From Tubiluchus corallicola (Eukaryota; Animalia; Priapulida): a DNA stretch of 64,000 bases. The notes under the pieces were generated by a model. That model made no database searches. It worked only from the letters and a program-made list of their open reading frames with translations, and was not told the origin of the DNA. This document shows, piece after piece, positions 63,206-64,000 of the stretch. The stretch lies in assembly GCA_030141605.1 (NCBI GenBank), contig JAQGDQ010000937.1, positions 1-64,000 on the forward strand. Reading direction: 5' to 3'. The stretch's first letter is position 1. The number at the start of each line of letters is the position of its first letter. A program made the translations under genes and the position numbers.

Positions 63206-63745
63206 TGTACGTGTGTGCTGGCTTACTTGTACGTGTGTGCTGGCTTACTTGTACGTGTGTGCTGGCTTACTTGTTCGTGTGTGCTGGCATACTTGTACGT
63301 GTGTGCTGGCTTACTTGTACGTGTGTGCTGGCTTACTTGTACGTGTGTGCTGGCTTACTTGTTCGTGTGTGCTGGCTTACTTGTACGTGTGTGCTGGCTT
63401 ACTTGTTCGTGTGTGCTGGCATACTTGTACGTGTGTGCTAGCTTACTTGTTCGTGTGTGCTGGCATACTTGTACGTGTGTGCTGGCTTACTTGTTCGTGT
63501 GTGCTGGCATACTTGTACGTGTGTGTTGGCATACTTGTACGTGTGTGCTGGCTTACTTGTACGTGTGTGCTGGCATACTTGTACGTGTGTGCTGGCATAC
63601 TTGTACGTGTGTGCTGGCTTACTTGTTCGTGTGTGCTGGCTTACTTGTACGTGTGTGCTGGCTTACTTGTACGTGTGTGCTGGCTTACTTGTACGTGTGT
63701 GCTGGCTTACTTGTACGTGTGTGTTGGCTTACTTGTACGTGTGTT
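63206..63745. repeat. 22-bp minisatellite (acttgtacgtgtgtgctggctt), about 24 copies
   Basis: Tandem units; explains the CVLAYLYV ORFs. Confidence 0.97.
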
Positions 63746-64000
63746 AGACCGATCTAATATATATACAATTATAACGTAATAACAGTAATATAATGATAAT
63801 AAAATAAAATTCTTTATTGCTGTTAAAATTACGCTCGTTGAACTGTACACTACACACATTCAAAAAGCGAAGGTATAACTAGTGTTTCCACTGCTGTGAG
63901 AAATAGTATTGTGCAATAAAATGGATTCACAATTAAAAACACAAGTAAGACTGTAATTAATTACATTAAGAATTAAGACACTTTAAGACTTTAAAACTTT

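Overview
AT-rich, repeat-dense eukaryotic genomic DNA, probably from an invertebrate animal (GT-AG spliceosomal introns, LINE remnants, TTAA-flanked MITEs, many mini/microsatellites). Nearly all ORFs in the supplied track are repeat artefacts. By hand-splicing I can support three genic signals. (1) A complete 5-exon minus-strand gene (42166->35585, 834 nt, 277 aa) with an unusual architecture: signal peptide + PAN/apple-like Cys domain + galectin-type domain whose canonical galactoside-binding residues are partly replaced; its last codons and stop codon form the terminal unit of a 47-bp minisatellite. (2) An isolated plus-strand terminal exon of a GMC oxidoreductase (49862-50003), followed by a palindromic pair of Penelope-like minimal hammerhead motifs. 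(3) The first two plus-strand exons of a secreted protein (60918-60950, 62290-62416) that continues beyond the window. Mobile DNA includes CR1-like and RTE-like LINE relics, a clean piggyBac MITE sharing a TTAA site with a Kolobok-like MITE, a candidate solo LTR and a foldback-like modular repeat family that dominates the first 31 kb. No CRISPR, rRNA or tRNA genes were found. All calls are by eye; no searches were run and repeat boundaries and copy numbers are approximate.
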